A stretch of DNA of 59,207 nucleotides. Origin: Trichinella spiralis (taxonomy: Eukaryota). A program made the position numbers and the translations under genes. Within the stretch, counting starts at the first letter, position 1; each line of letters opens with the position of its first letter. Of the stretch, positions 55,701 through 59,207 are shown piece after piece. Where the stretch lies: the NCBI RefSeq assembly GCF_000181795.1, contig NW_003526947.1, positions 872,846-932,052 of the forward strand, read 5' to 3'. Under the pieces are notes generated by a model. That model worked only from the letters and a program-made list of their open reading frames with translations. It had not been told where the DNA came from and searched no databases.

Positions 55701-58700
55701 CATGGAAAATAACATTTGTTTGTTTCGATAAATGTGGATCATAATTAAGTGCAGAGAATTAGCATGCGTCTTAAAATTCTGATCATATGAAATACAATGT
55801 GCTGAAATTAAATTTTGTTTAACTTAATTTTTAATTTTGATGTTATTTGCAAATATTTCTAGTTTTTTTTTTTTATTTCTATCCTTATTAATCAGATGCT
55901 AAAATCCAAGGCGATTCATGACATAATACATTCCAATAGGTAAACACGTTGAAATCCGTCAAAAGTATGCAATAGGGAAGATGTGAAAAATGAGAGCAAC
56001 ATCCCTAATGGGCAGGATAGTTCTGAGAATTGTTTCGATAAATTGATTTCACATTAAAAGAGTTTTCATTTGCAATCATTTATGTTACCTTTGTATTCTG
56101 TGTCAAACTGTTAAATTATTCATATGTTCTGAATCTGCTGTTTACCTTTCCAAAATATTTTCAAATGTTATGTTTTTTATTATTATCCATAGAATTAATA
56201 TCGCAACAATGTCACTTTTATATGTTATTTATGTTCATGTACATTTTTACTATAAATGCTAACCCTCTTAACTAGTCGTATCTGCAGATTTCTCAGCAAA
56301 GCCACGATTGCGTATTATTGAAAATTAATGTTTGTTCAAGTTATACAAAATTGTTTGCAATTACGACGAAATTATAAAAGAGTTTTTAGCCATTTTCTTG
56401 AATACAAGTCGTTTGTTTAATTGAACTTCTAAGTGGATATCTCCAAACATTCATAAAAACACCAGTCTTGGGAGGATTTCTTTGGTGTAAATTGTTTATA
56501 CATTTATTTTTTTGCAGCATTTGGAATTTATTTCCACCGCTAAATGCTGAATCTGTTGCTCCCTTTGAATGACAGAATACAGTCATTGCCCAAATAACGG
56601 AATTCAAATTGCCATGTGTTTGCTATGAGTGATAATGAAAATGAACATTTCTTTACAGGATATAATATTTTTTTTACATGAAACATGCAGTTTCGAAGCA
56701 TGCCGCGCTAAATCAAGTATTGACGCATTAGTTATAGCTGCATTGTTGGGAATTTGATTTTTTTAGATATTTGATAAAGTTGCCGGTTTGAACATTTGAA
56801 ATTTATAGAATAAAAAGACTGCCATATTGCACGAAGTAGGTTTCTAATGTGAAAATTTTGGATAATTCTTATCTCTGAATAGTATTAAGTCAAAAAATTC
56901 AGTAAACAAAGGTTTTTGTTTTTTAAAGTTACTGTTGCTTAAATGAAAATCAGGAACAATTTTTATTAAAGTACATTCCTTTTTTCAGATGACAACATGG
57001 ATAGTTTTTGTCTCAGTTAATGACACTATTCCATATGCACATTTTCAACTTTTATTTTTCATTCTTTTTTATTTCGACTTCGTTAAAATCCTATTTTAAG
57101 TTTCAGGTTCTTTGGTATATATCAAGAAATACGCAATCACGAACGGTCCGGATTCGTTTATAATACTTAGCGAATAATTGTCTACCGATATAAAAAATTC
57201 ACTTAATTTTTGGAAAAAATATTTTTTTGAAAATTTCAAAGTTTCATGAGCTATAGACTTGGCTGCTTTTGCGAAAATCGGCGAAAAATTTGTTTTCGAA
57301 ATTTTGACTTTTTTGATGAATAAAGTTTTATATTAATAAAAGATAGTGTTTTGGTGAATTTCTCCGTAAAGGAATGGTTTTCAAATTGGGTATTTATAGA
57401 AGGAACAAATGGAATTTTGCATCAAAATTGCATTCCTTTTTATCTGTTCATTTTGGCCAATTCGCATTTGAGAAGAGCAATTAATTAAATTATAAATGAA
57501 AGCAGTAGTGCCTGGAATAAATGTTCATAAATTTTGAATTATATGGAATCGATGATTTATTTTCCAGAAATTTGATAAAACTACTTGTCTCCTAGTTTAA
57601 CATTTATGAAAGGAATAAATGCAACATTGCATAAAATTTGCATTTCCATCTCTTGATTGTGACGAATTCTGATTTCAAATGCGCAATTAATCATAGAGAA
57701 TACGTTTGAAAAATTTTGAGTTTTAAGGATGCTGTAAGCGATATACAAAAGTCAGTAACAAATTTTATTTCGATGAGATGATTTTTTTGCTCATGCATTT
57801 AGAAGTTTTGAAATAACTATTCACAATATCGCTTTCTTTGCATATTTATTTATTCTGCATATTTTATTTCTCTTGTTTTCCTTCACACTAATATTCCATT
57901 ACTAATGTTCCATTACTTCGAACAATTTATTCTATTACAACTGTAAAGGCATATATGACGAATACGCTACAAGAATAGTTGGACGAAGATCCTTGTTGTT
58001 TTCTAATTTTTCCGATCATTTTATATCATTTTGAAAGGAAATCGTTTTATCGACCTTTTCGTAAATGTCTTTGGCTATTACAGCGTTTGCTGTTTTTCAG
58101 CGAAAGGCTGAGAATTTTCTTTTTATTCTTCAGATAATGTTCATATTGATAAATGATAGTGCTATTAATTGTTTATTTAGCAACTGACCATTAGTTTTGG
58201 AATAAATGGGCAGTAAACTTGGCGCCTTGCCTATCTTTATTCATAAGAAAGTTGCCCATCTGCATCTTCCTCGAAACGGAACCAGGATGCATGATTTTTA
58301 GTACACGTAACATTTTTGACATTTGAGTAAAGTATCCATTCAAAATGCGTTGCGTGATACAATATTTTTTTGTTTGAGTTATCTAATTTTCTTCCTTTTA
58401 CGTTATATCCCTTTTCTTTCATTTCAATTTATGAAGAACAACAACTTTTCAAATCAACAGTCGAAAATATATTGATTTACATTGTATTATATTACATCAG
58501 AATTGAATAAAATCCCAATAACTTTTATAATTAGTTAAAGTTTCGATTGTGATGATGCCATTACGCTACTAGGACTAATCGTGCAGTGATTTCAGCTAGG
58601 GCAATGTCATATTCAAATTTTTTCCACTTGACCCTGAATAAAGTTGAAGAATGCAATCCTCATGATTATTCAGTTTTTCAGTGTGTAGAGCAGCAGTCAA

Positions 58701-59207
58701 GAAGCGCGCAAAGCTCTTCTTCTCAATACCATCTTCAATTTCAAAGTAAATGATTTTTCATTCCTTGGCTTCCGTTCTGTTCATATATGATTCACAAATG
58801 GTTATTTTTTTATTCCCCCCCAAAGATGAATGTACTATGCAATCTATGAGAAAGTTACTGAATAATTGGTGAACCCTGCCACAGCCCAATCCATTATCCC
58901 ACATTTTGTATCGGTACCAATTTTTCATGTGCAGTTTCATTGACCTCCTCTGCTTAGCTTCTTTCTTATGGTGAGTTACTGAGACTTCTTCACCGTTTTA
59001 GTAATGGTTCTGTAACTTGCGGAGTTCTTTCTCTGATTTTAACCATAACTGATGTTTCTTCTGTATTGTCAAACTTCAACGTTTTCAATTCATTAAATTT
59101 ATTTTATCTTAGCGTACCGTGCATATTTAAGCAATGATTACCCAGTAGTTTCAGATAAATGGTCCTATAGCCGTTTGGCACCATTTTATAGGTTTTGAAT
59201 ATTTTTT

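Noticed and set aside
57950..59100. Coding-like minus-strand stretch with short ORFs
   Set aside because: Multiple stops and no identifiable domain; may be a decayed TE or viral relic but needs TBLASTX to support a call.

Overview
AT-rich eukaryotic draft-assembly window with short GT-AG introns and TTTTCAG/TTTTAG acceptors. It looks like a nematode, plausibly a Trichinella-like clade I worm (inference). The first ~29 kb is gene-dense: an SLC35F-family transporter (5' part, minus), a cytoplasmic intermediate filament (IFA type), a HINFP-like C2H2 zinc-finger gene, the AFG3L2/spg-7 m-AAA protease, RAD17, and a divergent MYST acetyltransferase with an N-terminal chromo-barrel. Mobile DNA includes a young BEL/Pao LTR retrotransposon (two apparently identical 662-bp LTRs, TCTAT TSD, tRNA-Tyr PBS) whose single ORF lacks most of RNase H and integrase, a ~0.6-kb TIR element with a 9-bp TSD in the MYST first intron, and a deleted hAT element with an 8-bp TSD. 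The most unexplained feature is a ~14-kb nested tandem array (33.4-47.6 kb): five gene-like minus-strand units with conserved splice sites, about 15 internal 459/467-bp subunits each made of two homologous halves, and no intact reading frame. The last 11 kb is repeat-rich and gapped and holds a duplicated 76-aa single-pass membrane ORF. All calls come from manual reading; no searches were run.
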